Positions 29,401 through 38,659 of a DNA stretch of 64,000 nucleotides are shown in pieces. The notes under the pieces are model-generated. The model was not told where the DNA came from. It did no database searches and saw nothing but the letters and a program-made list of their open reading frames with translations. The DNA is from an uncultured Granulicella sp. (GTDB taxonomy: Bacteria; Acidobacteriota; Terriglobia; Terriglobales; Acidobacteriaceae): NCBI GenBank assembly GCA_937873145.1, contig CALMVK010000007.1:853-64852 (forward strand), read 5' to 3'. Numbering within the stretch: the stretch's first letter is position 1; every line of letters starts with the position of its first letter. Made by a program: the position numbers and the translations under genes.

Positions 29401-29882
29401 AGGACCTCGGTAGGTAAAGGTGCGCTGGGTTCGTCGATCAGGATTTCAAGGGCTTCCCCGGCAAAGTGTTTGTCTTCTTCGCTAGTGCCGAGCAATAGAA
29501 AGGAGTTGGTTACGTCGGCCTTCCCCTGGCCCTCCGGTCGACCGGCGATGCGGGTGATGATGTAGGAGCAGCCGAGCCAGTGGGCTTCGGCGATGTCGGT
29601 CGAGGACCATTGGGCAGGGTGGTCGGGGTGTGAGTGGTAGAAGCCGACGATGTCGAGGGAGGCGGTACGAGCCTGGCGTTGAATGCGGATCAGCTCGACG
29701 GGCGAGATTTGGTAGCGGTTATGCGCGGAGTCGGTCCGGGTGTTGCCGGCCCGGACGATCTGGTGCACCGCGTTGGTTCCGTCCGAGGCACGTCCCAGCA
29801 GGACTCCACAGCACTCGTGCGGATAGGTTTCTTCGCCGTGGGCGCGAAGGGCTTCGTAGTCTCTGAACTGGATCCTGAGCAT
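29397..29882 (-). CDS. JAMM/MPN+ (Mec-like) metallopeptidase
   Basis: YPHECCG and YHSHPDHPAQWSSTD JAMM motif. Confidence 0.9.
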   Translation of the reverse strand: MLRIQFRDYEALRAHGEETYPHECCGVLLGRASDGTNAVHQIVRAGNTRTDSAHNRYQISPVELIRIQRQARTASLDIVGFYHSHPDHPAQWSSTDIAEAHWLGCSYIITRIAGRPEGQGKADVTNSFLLLGTSEEDKHFAGEALEILIDEPSAPLPTEVL

Positions 29883-29906
29883 GCGTCGTGCGGAGACGCT
29901 CCGTGA

Positions 29907-30854
29907 TTAGGAGCGTGCCTCGCCCTCCTGCCAAAAGCGTTCCGACATGTACTTTTCAGCCGAATCGCAGAGGATGGTGACGATAACAGCTTCGCGCCCA
30001 GCGGCGTGCTCACGCTCGGCAATTTGCAAAGCGGAAGCTGCGGCACCTGCGGCCGAGACACCGACCAAAAGGCCAGAATGCCGGGCGAGGCGGAGACACA
30101 TGGCATAGGCGCTCTCCGTGGGAAGATCGATGTTTTCGTCGGCGAGCGTGGGATCGTAGATGGGTGGGACGATGGCGGTGGCCATGTGTTTGAGGCCTTC
30201 CAGGCCGTTGAAGGCTGAGTCGGGCTGCATGGAGATGCACTGGATCGCGGCGTTCAACTCGCGCAGGCGGCGGGTAGTGCCCATGAAGGTACCGGAGGTG
30301 CCGAGGCCGGCGACAAAGTGGGTTACCTGGCCCTCAGTTTGCTGCCAGATCTCATTGGCGGTATGAAGGTAGTGGCTCATCCAGTTGTTTTCGTTGCCGT
30401 ATTGATCGGCATAAAAGTAGCGCTCAGGATGCGCTGCTGCCAGTTCCCTTGCCTTGCGGATGGCTCCATCCGAGCCCTCCGCCGGATTGGTCCAGACGAT
30501 CTGCGCGCCGTAAGCGGCGAGGTATTTTTTACGTTCGGGGGAGACGTTTGAAGGCATGCAAAGCGTGACGGTGAAGCCCATGGCAGAGCCAAGCATGGCG
30601 TACGCGATGCCGGTGTTTCCGCTCGTAGCGTCGAGGAGAGACTGCCCGTGACCAAGCAGATTACGATTCAGAGCGTCGGTGACGATGGCGGAGGCGGCGC
30701 GATCCTTGACCGAACCTCCCGGATTGGCCCACTCGGCTTTACCGAGGATCTGGATTCCGGGGAGCGTGCGGGTCAGCTCGTCCAAGCGTAGCAAGGGAGT
30801 GTTCCCGATCCGCTCTAGGAGTGTGGAGCCTGCGAGTTTGGTGGCGGTGATCAT
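29907..30854 (-). CDS. cysM: cysteine synthase (CysM-like, PLP)
   Basis: IGNTPL, NPGGSVKDR, ATSGNTG, GLGTSGT; start taken as ATG 30854. Confidence 0.9.
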   Translation of the reverse strand: MITATKLAGSTLLERIGNTPLLRLDELTRTLPGIQILGKAEWANPGGSVKDRAASAIVTDALNRNLLGHGQSLLDATSGNTGIAYAMLGSAMGFTVTLCMPSNVSPERKKYLAAYGAQIVWTNPAEGSDGAIRKARELAAAHPERYFYADQYGNENNWMSHYLHTANEIWQQTEGQVTHFVAGLGTSGTFMGTTRRLRELNAAIQCISMQPDSAFNGLEGLKHMATAIVPPIYDPTLADENIDLPTESAYAMCLRLARHSGLLVGVSAAGAAASALQIAEREHAAGREAVIVTILCDSAEKYMSERFWQEGEARS

Positions 30855-30926
30855 CTTCTTTTGAACGCCCGCTTTCCTTTGTAGCGAAAAATGTGCGACA
30901 GTGAACTCTGAGTTTAGCCTAAACCT

Positions 30927-31367
30927 ATGGCCAAAAAGACACCGAAACTGACGTACGACGAGATGCTGGCAGCGCTTGGCAATCAACGGTTTGATGTTGC
31001 CGGAGCGCCCGAAGGTGCAAGCCGCCGGCCTGGTGCGGTGCGAGTCACCAAGCATGGCTGTGCGGCGGTGATTGCGGCCGGCACGGCGGCTCCGGTGATG
31101 ATGCTGCAGAAGGCGGGCTGGGTGCTCGGAGGCGAGATCAGCCGGCTGGTCGATCGCGGGTACCAGAAATTTTTGAAGAGCACGAAGCTGGAAATTCCGG
31201 CGACGGCGGAGCATCTGCGCGCGATCCACGAGTTCCAGCTAGAGCTCGATGCGATTACCGGAGAACGCGAGCTGTACAACGAGGCGCTCGGAACGACAAG
31301 CGATGTGTATCTGTATGACCGGGTCGCTGGAAGACCGGACGCGAACAAACCTGTGAAGGCGAAGTGA
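30927..31367 (+). CDS. conserved hypothetical protein
   Basis: 146 aa with plausible codon use and a leaderless-type promoter; no function recognised. Confidence 0.7.
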   Translation: MAKKTPKLTYDEMLAALGNQRFDVAGAPEGASRRPGAVRVTKHGCAAVIAAGTAAPVMMLQKAGWVLGGEISRLVDRGYQKFLKSTKLEIPATAEHLRAIHEFQLELDAITGERELYNEALGTTSDVYLYDRVAGRPDANKPVKAK

Positions 31368-31505
31368 GTCTCTGCCTTGGACCCTCTTCCTACAACTGTT
31401 GCTCCAAATGAATAGGCGTGATTGTCTTGCAGGAAATACCCGTTATGAACCCGTCTGCAAGCTATCTCTGCAAGTCTATCGTCCAGAGCGGATCTGCTGA
31501 GGATG

Positions 31506-31558
31506 TAGAGACAAACAATGGCACGTGCAGCCGCAAATTCCCGTCGGGAATGACAACA
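31506..31558 (+). repeat. REP-like element, family B
   Basis: TAGAGACAAACAATGGCACGTGCAGCCGCAAATTCCCGTCGGGAATGACAACA, near-identical to 9641-9695. Confidence 0.75.
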
Positions 31559-31596
31559 AAATCGAAAGCCGCCTCTATATCAACGATGAAGTAGCT

Positions 31597-31794
31597 TTAA
31601 GCCGCTTGTTCCAAGTCCTTCCTGAGCGATTGCTCGGTTTTGGGTGTGGCAGCGATGCGAGCGATGTACACACGTTGACGACAGAAGACGCAACGGTGCG
31701 GGTAACGGCCAAACAAACCAGGGATCCAGTCGAGCAAGCGACGCTTACCCTCGCGAAATTCAGTACCACTACATTTGGTGCATTGAGTTTGCAT
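31597..31794 (-). CDS. small zinc-ribbon protein, 65 aa
   Basis: MQTQCTKC..RYPHRCVFCRQR, two CxxC pairs. Confidence 0.6.
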   Translation of the reverse strand: MQTQCTKCSGTEFREGKRRLLDWIPGLFGRYPHRCVFCRQRVYIARIAATPKTEQSLRKDLEQAA

Positions 31795-31914
31795 ACTCGC
31801 TATCTTTGACCAGCCTGGAAGACTTGACAAGATACCTTAAGTCACCTTACTTAAGTTTGCACTCTTCCCTTTCTTTCTTCTGTGTGCACAAAGGGAAGTC
31901 CGGCTAAGGAAAGA

Positions 31915-31953
31915 AGAAAGGCTGGATGAGCTTTTCGCTCATCCAGCCTTTCT
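31915..31953 (-). terminator. terminator of OmpA-family gene
   Basis: 17 bp inverted repeat AGAAAGGCTGGATGAGC / GCTCATCCAGCCTTTCT just past the stop. Confidence 0.75.
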
Positions 31954-31974
31954 GTGTAGCTCCCCAGACCAGGA

Positions 31975-33687
31975 TTACTGGTTTGAAGCAGCTTTCTTCT
32001 TTTTGTGATGACGCTTGGCGGTGGTGGCTGCCGTGCGTGGTTGCGGCTTGACCGAGCCCTCATTGATTGGGGTTGCGGTCATGGAGGAGGTATCGGCTCC
32101 GGCCGGGATCAGCGTGGAGGTTACCGTCTTGGCGTCGTCGGTTCCGGTGTAGACCATGATGCGGGAAGCATCGATGCCCTTCTCGGTGACAAGGTAGTTC
32201 TTGGTGTTGACGGCGCGCTCGGCGGCCAGGCGTTCAGACGTTGCCGCAGCCTTGCGTCCCTTGCGGGTCTTCGGCCCAGACTTCTCACTGTTCGTCTCAT
32301 TGCCGACGAGGGCGAGCTTGGAGTCTGTGGTGCGCTGCAGGTTGAGTGCGAGGTCATCGAGGCAAGCCTTGCCTTCGTTGTCGACGCGTGCCGGACGACG
32401 TGTATCGCGGTTGAAGCTGATGGAGCAAAGGTTCTGCGTGGCAGTCTTCGGCGGCGGCGGCGGTGCAGGCGAGAGAACCGTAACCGAGGTATTGGCGGTC
32501 GCAGTCTGGCCCTTGTCGTCGACCACATTACAGGTGACGGTAATCGTTCCCGGTGCAGCACCGGTGGTAGACAGGGTAGCGGTGCTCGTCGTGCCGCTGA
32601 TGGTGCCAGCCGTGCTGCTATAGCTATAGGTCAGAGGACGATTTTGCGGGCTGACGCCGGTGGAGGTGATGGTGGACGAATCACCAGGGTTGACGGTCGA
32701 CGGATTGGCCGAGCAGGTCAGGGTTGGCGGCTCAAATTGCTTGACGGTGAAGTCGACCGAGCAATCGGCCATCTGGCCTGGTTTGTTGCCTTCAGAGACA
32801 TGACCTTTGACGGTGTAGGTTCCGGGCGAGGCGCTCTTGGTGTCGACGTTGGCGACATTGCTGGTTCCGGAGATGGTTCCGCCGGTGGAGGTCCAGTTAT
32901 AGGTAGCGGTCTTCTTCGGGTTCAAGTTGAGCGCGGTACCGGTCACCGTGAGAGGATCGCCCGGGAACGCGGTCGTTGGCGAGATGACGCAGGAGTAGGT
33001 AATGGGCGGCGGCGGAATGATGTGACCGAAGTGCGTCACGATGCCTGAGCTGAGATCAACGCCGGAGAGATTGGCGCGGCCTCCGAGAACGCCTCCGGTG
33101 GGAACCGTGGCGTTGGTGGGACCGAAGTCGGCGTGGATGTAGCGATAGTCGGCTTCAAAGAGGCGAATCGAGAAGCGATTGTTGAGGAACGGCAGATCGT
33201 AGTCCATGCCGCCGCCGGCGGTGAGATTCGGGCCCCAGGTATAGGGCTCGTGCTCAAGGGTCGTCGGGGCTTCGCTGTTCGGTCCGGCAAGTTTGCCGCC
33301 GCCGGCCAGGCCGTGGGCGAACAAGGTGTAGTTCTGCATGGGAACGCGGAAGATGATACCGCCGCCTGCGTTGTAGAGGCCGTCGTTGACGCCGTTCGGG
33401 TGAGCGACGAAGTCGATCTCAGCGCCGACGTACTTGCTGAAGAAGAAGGCTCCGCTCCCCATGGCGCCTATGTTGACGGAGGAGTAGTTGATGTCTGCCG
33501 GCTTTACCTCTCCGTGAGCTCCGAAGTAGGAGTAGCCGGTAAAAATATCGACGCGCGAAGGGTTAGGCCCCACCACCGGGGCGGTAGTGCTGGATGCGGT
33601 CTGCGCACTCAGGCTCGCGGCTGCAAGGCTGACTGCGCATGCAGCCAGTCCAAACCGGCCAATAAGATGAAACGGGCGATAAACCAT
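31975..33687 (-). CDS. OmpA-family outer membrane protein (beta-barrel, two Ig/PKD-like repeats, OmpA-C-like domain)
   Basis: Signal peptide, barrel-like strands, repeated TCxxxPxT..PGDxxT modules, LAAERAVNTKNYL. Confidence 0.85.
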   Translation of the reverse strand: MVYRPFHLIGRFGLAACAVSLAAASLSAQTASSTTAPVVGPNPSRVDIFTGYSYFGAHGEVKPADINYSSVNIGAMGSGAFFFSKYVGAEIDFVAHPNGVNDGLYNAGGGIIFRVPMQNYTLFAHGLAGGGKLAGPNSEAPTTLEHEPYTWGPNLTAGGGMDYDLPFLNNRFSIRLFEADYRYIHADFGPTNATVPTGGVLGGRANLSGVDLSSGIVTHFGHIIPPPPITYSCVISPTTAFPGDPLTVTGTALNLNPKKTATYNWTSTGGTISGTSNVANVDTKSASPGTYTVKGHVSEGNKPGQMADCSVDFTVKQFEPPTLTCSANPSTVNPGDSSTITSTGVSPQNRPLTYSYSSTAGTISGTTSTATLSTTGAAPGTITVTCNVVDDKGQTATANTSVTVLSPAPPPPPKTATQNLCSISFNRDTRRPARVDNEGKACLDDLALNLQRTTDSKLALVGNETNSEKSGPKTRKGRKAAATSERLAAERAVNTKNYLVTEKGIDASRIMVYTGTDDAKTVTSTLIPAGADTSSMTATPINEGSVKPQPRTAATTAKRHHKKKKAASNQ

Positions 33688-33897
33688 TCGACTTCCTCCA
33701 CTAGTAATGAAACTTTTAGTCTTTACAATCTACGAACGCATGCGCTCTGGTTAAGGTCCAACAAAGTTTACAGCAGTTAATTCTTTCAGTTACAACAAAA
33801 TACATCCCATTCGGGCATGGGAACACCTTATCAGGGAAAGCTTTCCATCCCGGGAATTGAGTGAAGAAAGGTAACCTCCCCAGTAATCCTTTCGAAC

Positions 33898-34512
33898 CTA
33901 AGTCAAATTCAAGGTGCGGCGAACACTTCCTCGCTCGCTCTGGATTTTTTCCTGGAGCAAGGTGATGGCATAGAGCAATTGCTCGGGACGTGGTGGGCAC
34001 CCAGGCACATAGATGTCGACGGGGATAATCTGGTTGACCCCTTGCAACAACGCGTAGTTGTTGAAGACGCCTCCTGAGGTTGCGCAAGCACCCATGGAGA
34101 TAACCCATTTGGGTTCGGGCATCTGCTCGTAGAGGCGGCGGATAACGGGAGCCATCTTCTGCGAGACCCGTCCGGCGATGATCATCAGGTCGCTTTGCCG
34201 GGGCGAGGGGCGAAAGACCTCTGCGCCGAAGCGGGCGATGTCATAGCGGGAGCCGCCCATGGACATCATCTCAATGGCGCAGCAGGCCAGGCCGAAGGTC
34301 ATGGGCCAGACGGAATTTTTTCGCACCCAATTGATTGCCGCGTCGAGTGAGGCTAGAACGATGCCTTCGGGCTGGTCATAGCCCCAGTTGACTTCCTGAA
34401 TCTTTTCGCGGTTTTGCGTAAAGCTGTCGAGCGTGCCGAAGAAGTAACGGTCTTTGCCGTTGCCTTCCACCGGGCGGCCGCTGCTGGTGGTCTCTTCTGG
34501 GGGAGTGTTCAT
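33898..34512 (-). CDS. nuoB: NADH-quinone oxidoreductase subunit B
   Basis: [32 protein letters not shown]. Confidence 0.95.
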   Translation of the reverse strand: MNTPPEETTSSGRPVEGNGKDRYFFGTLDSFTQNREKIQEVNWGYDQPEGIVLASLDAAINWVRKNSVWPMTFGLACCAIEMMSMGGSRYDIARFGAEVFRPSPRQSDLMIIAGRVSQKMAPVIRRLYEQMPEPKWVISMGACATSGGVFNNYALLQGVNQIIPVDIYVPGCPPRPEQLLYAITLLQEKIQSERGSVRRTLNLT

Positions 34513-34593
34513 GATCAGATGCTATGCCTATATGCGGAAAAAGTTTCTCAGTTTTTTGATCCTACATGTACCGGGTTCATGCAAATGGATGCC

Positions 34594-35358
34594 CTACTGC
34601 CTTTGCAGGTTGGTTGATTGTGCGCTGCATGCGGTGGAAAGCACGGACAAAGTGGAGCTTCGCAGGAAGCCGGGCGGCAGGTCGAGATCGACCCGGAAGC
34701 GTATCCAGAGCAGTTTTCCAAGTTGGGTGGCCGGGGTGTCGGGCGCCTGGACGACGGTGTGCGCGGTTTGACTGAAGTGGGAGGCGACGGCGGCGGCGCT
34801 GCGGCTTTGGTCGGCGGTGCCGGGCAGCAGGCGGACGTCGAGCAGGGTGAGAGAACCCTCGGAGGCTTGGGCGATCTCGGTCGCGAGATCGAGCTGGAGC
34901 GGCGCGGGGGGCGTGGCGCCGGCCTGCTCAAAGCGCTGGTAGACGGCGGAGAGACGGTCGAAGGAGGCCTTGGAGGTGGCGAAGCGGAAGCGGCGGGGGT
35001 TCCAGCCGACGGCATCCTGGGCGCGGAAGCTGAAGTCGGTGGAGATCGAGAGCGGGGTGACGGATTGGTAAGGCGGCGTGGCGAGCTCGGCGTAGTCGTG
35101 GTCGCCGATGGGGCCGGAGGCGGGAAGCACGCGGAGGATCCAGCCGGAGTGGATGGGCTGGAGAAAGAGGACGAGGCCGTTGCCGAGGGGGTGGGTGTAG
35201 GGTTGGCCGGCGGTGACTTCGCCCTCGAAGGTGGCGTGGCGGCAGAATGATTGTGCTGGTGCCTGAGGGAACGCTGGCGGGAAGGAGCAGGCGACGGCAA
35301 CGGAGGTGACCAGAGCGGATACCGAGCTGGCGAAGAGTGTGCAACCCCACCTCAGCAG
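34594..35358 (-). CDS. hypothetical exported protein, start uncertain
   Basis: C-ending codon bias from the hydrophobic FASSVSALVTSVAVAC segment onward; the ORF-track start at 35475 overlaps the glnD stop and runs through a REP. Confidence 0.6.
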   Translation of the reverse strand: MLRWGCTLFASSVSALVTSVAVACSFPPAFPQAPAQSFCRHATFEGEVTAGQPYTHPLGNGLVLFLQPIHSGWILRVLPASGPIGDHDYAELATPPYQSVTPLSISTDFSFRAQDAVGWNPRRFRFATSKASFDRLSAVYQRFEQAGATPPAPLQLDLATEIAQASEGSLTLLDVRLLPGTADQSRSAAAVASHFSQTAHTVVQAPDTPATQLGKLLWIRFRVDLDLPPGFLRSSTLSVLSTACSAQSTNLQRQ

Positions 35359-35383
35359 TGTTGATTGGGGAGACTTGGAAGGG

Positions 35384-35417
35384 CAAATACGGGGATTCTC
35401 GCTTCGCCAGCAGGACG
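35384..35417 (+). repeat. REP element, family A (degenerate)
   Basis: CAAATACGGGGATTCTCGCTTCGCCAGCAGGACG. Confidence 0.7.
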
Positions 35418-35464
35418 ACGTTGGCCGCAGGGGATGGGTTCGCCGGAAGGACGACATGTGTGAG

Positions 35465-38100
35465 TTAGCGGGCATTGGCTTCGATAGCTTTGAGGAGGGT
35501 TTGGTGGAGGACGGCTTCGAGGGCTGGGTTGAGTTTGGCGCCTCGATGGGTGAGGTAGAAGACGTCGATGGCCATCTCGCCTTCGGTGTCGATCAGGGCG
35601 ACCTCGATGTTGCAGCCGTGCTGGGCGAGGGTGGCGGAGAGCGCGCGCAGGAGGCCGGGGGTGTCCTGGGCGACGATCTGCAGGAGCGTGCTGTGGGTGG
35701 AGGCAGCCGCGTCGAAGTCCAGGCGCGTGTCGACGAGGACCTTGGGGTGTTTGCGGGGGGCGCGCTGACGGGCGGCGAGCAGAACGTCGAGGCTGGTCGC
35801 GCCGGACATGACGCCGCGCACGCTTTCGACGAAGCGGGTGCGCTCGACCTCGTTGAGCTCGAGGGTGCGGAAGGTGTCGGTGAAGCGGAAGCTGTCGACG
35901 ACGAAGCCTTGGGCGTTTGAGAAGGCATCGGCGGTGACGATGTTCATGCCCCAGGCGGCGAGCGCGCCGGCCATGGAGGCGAAGAGGCTGGGGCGGTCGC
36001 GGGTGACGAGGGTGAGCTCGCTGAAGGCGGGGGCGTAGCGGAAGTCGAGCTGGTTGGCTTCGGCCGGGACCGGTTCGGTAAGATGCGCGGCCATCTCGAA
36101 GTGGGCGCGGATGGCGTCGGGGGTGCGGGTCTGGAGGTAGCGCCGGGGAAACCCCTCAAGAAAGGCGGTGAGCTCGCCGCCACGGTTGGGCAGGAGCGCG
36201 TGGATGCGGTGCACGATGTCGCCGAGCTCGGTTTCGGCGGAGGAGGCGATGCGCTCGTCGTCGACGTTGCGGTCGAGGAAGTTGGAGGTGGCGATGAAGA
36301 GGCGCCACAGATTTTCGGCCTTCCAGGGGGTGAGCGCGTCGGGGTGAACGGCGGTGATGTCGGCGTAGGTGAAGAGGGTGAGCATGCGCAGGGCTTCGGG
36401 CGTGGAGACGTGGGCGGCGAAGAGGCGGATGGTTTCGGCGTCGAAGATATCGCGGCGCAGGGCGCGAGACATCTCGAGGTGGTTGGCGATGAGATCGAGG
36501 ACGAGCGAGGATTCGTAGGGGTCGAGCTCGAGGCGGTCGAGGACGCTGCGAGCGAGACGAGCGGATTCGCTGGTGTGGTCTGGCGCTTGCTGGGGGGTGG
36601 AGTGGCCTTTGCCGGTGTCGTGCAGCAGGGCGGCGAGGAAGAGCAGCTCGGGGTGGGGCAGCTCCTGGAGGATGGGAGTGAAGCGGGCGGCCCAAGGCTC
36701 AAGGGCGGCGACGGTTTTGGATTGGCCCGGCTTTGCGGTGGAGGTGAGGCCGTGGAGCGTGTCGATGAGGACGAAGGTGTGTTCGTCGACGGTGTAGCGG
36801 TGGTAGGCGTCGCGGATGACCAGGGCGTCGATGCCGTGAAACTCGGGCAGGACGAGCTCCAGGATGCCGAGGGTGTGCATGGCGCGGAGTGCCTGGCCGG
36901 CGAAAGGTCCGGTGAGGATCGCGCGGAGATGCCGCCACAGGCCGGGGCCGTCCTCAAGGTGGGCGGAGAGCAGCGGCAGCGCGTCTTCGAGGCGGCGCTC
37001 GCTGGCGGGGGTGAGCGATGCCCCGGTGCGGGCGAGGGTGGCGAAGAGGGAGAGGGTGATTTCGGGGTCGTGTTCGGGCTGAGGCTCGCCGGGGAGAATG
37101 GGCGTGAGCTCGATGCGGTGGTTGCGGAGCTCGAAGCCGGAGTGCGTGGGAGCAGAGCGGCGGAGTCCGGCGAGCGCGCCGAGACGGGCGAGGGTGCCTG
37201 GGGTAAGGGAGGCGGCGTCGATGGCCTGGGCGGTGTGGCGCTCGATCTCGCGGGCGTGACGGAAGTAGAAGCGCATCCAGTAGGAGGCGTCGGCGCTTTC
37301 CGATGGGCTGCGACCAAGCGAGGCAGAGGCGGCCTCGTCCTGGCTGTGCCAGTCGAGCGTGTTGTCGTCGCGGCCGTGGCGGAAGTGCAGGAAGGCGCGG
37401 ACCAGGATAAGGAACTCGCGAGCTTCCTGAAATTCGTCCGTCGGCGGCGGACCGGAAGCTTCGGCGAGGCGGGCGAGCCAGGCGCAAACATGGGCGTCGC
37501 GCAGGCCGCCGAGGCACTCCTTGACGTTGGGTTCGAGGTGGAAGAGGGTGTCGCCGAAGCGGGCGTGGCGGGTGCGGGTGACCTCGAGCAGACGGCTGAC
37601 GACGCGTTTGCGGTCGCGCTCGATGAGCTTGGGAAGGATTTTTTCGAGGAGCTGGGTGCTGACGGCGGAGTCCCCGGCGAGTGGGCGGGCGTCGAGCAGA
37701 GAGAGAGTGAACTCGACGTTTTCAGGCTGGAAGCGGCCGCACTCGGCCAGCGTGCGGGTCATGGGCGAGACGCGGAGGCCGGCGTCCCAAAGCTTCTGGT
37801 TCAGCAGGCGCAGGGGCTGTTTGACGGCGGCCTCGGAGAGGCGCGGGTCAAGAAGGAAGAGGAGGTCGACGTCGGAGTTGGGAAACAGCTCGCTGCGGCC
37901 GAAGCCTCCGACGGCGAGGACGGCGACTCCGGTGTGGAGGGTGGGGCTGGACCAGAGTTCGCGGACGAGCTGGTCGACGGCTGCGGAGCGGGTGGATAAG
38001 GCTACGGTGCCGGCGGAGGGCTGATGCAGGGTTTGATCGAAGAGGGTGCGAAGGGAGTGCGTCTGCTCGGCGTAGTGATGGAGAGCAGGGTCGGCAGGAG
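35465..38100 (-). CDS. glnD: [protein-PII] uridylyltransferase/uridylyl-removing enzyme; 5' end approximate
   Basis: NTase motif AVGGFGRSELFPNSDVDLLFL lies upstream of first ATG 37762; HRYTVDEHT, LLHDTGKG HD domain; two ACT domains. Confidence 0.9.
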
Positions 38101-38175
38101 TTCCGGGCTGATCGCTCCTGCGGAGCTTCCTTCGGGTTGGGGTTGGTTGGAGGGCTTGGGTGGTGGTGGGAAAAG

Positions 38176-38209
38176 CAAATACGGGGATTCTGGCTTCGCC
38201 AGAATGACG
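38176..38209 (+). repeat. REP element, family A
   Basis: CAAATACGGGGATTCTGGCTTCGCCAGAATGACG between PII gene and glnD. Confidence 0.85.
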
Positions 38210-38260
38210 GCCAGAACAAACAACGGCGAAAAAAGAGGCAACGAAGGCTGATGCGAAAGC

Positions 38261-38599
38261 TTAGAGGGCGATCTCTCCGCGTTCGTCGTTGCGGATGCGG
38301 ATGGCTTCGTCGATGCGCGAGACGAAGATTTTTCCGTCGCCGATTTTGCCGGTGCGGGCGGAGGTGATGATGGCGTGGATGGCGCGCTCGGCGAGGGTGT
38401 CGGGGACGACGAGCTCGATTTTGACCTTCGGCAGGAGGTCGACGGCGTACTCGCGGCCGCGGTAGAACTCGGTGTGGCCCTTTTGGCGTCCGTGGCCGCG
38501 GGCCTCTAGCACGGTGATGCCCTCGACGCCGATCTCGATGAGCGCGTCTTTCACCTCTTCGAGCTTGGACGGCTGGAGGATGGCTTCAATCTTTTGCAT
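38261..38599 (-). CDS. glnB: PII nitrogen regulatory protein (GlnK/GlnB family)
   Basis: 112 aa; GHGRQKG, YRGREY (Tyr51), TGKIGDGKIF; amtB linkage makes it GlnK-like. Confidence 0.95.
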   Translation of the reverse strand: MQKIEAILQPSKLEEVKDALIEIGVEGITVLEARGHGRQKGHTEFYRGREYAVDLLPKVKIELVVPDTLAERAIHAIITSARTGKIGDGKIFVSRIDEAIRIRNDERGEIAL

Positions 38600-38659
38600 G
38601 GAGCTCCCTTCTTCCAAATTGCAAGACGTTCGTACTCGGATGTCACCCTAAGAGTATTC

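Noticed and set aside
30855-31229. N-terminal extension of cysM
   Set aside because: Overlaps the divergent gene 30927-31367; the family N-terminus starts at 30854.
36083-37999. 638 aa plus-strand ORF, and similar long antisense ORFs (e.g. 32005-33048, 62002-63360, 17085-18311)
   Set aside because: Shadow frames of GC-rich genes on the opposite strand, with no motifs.
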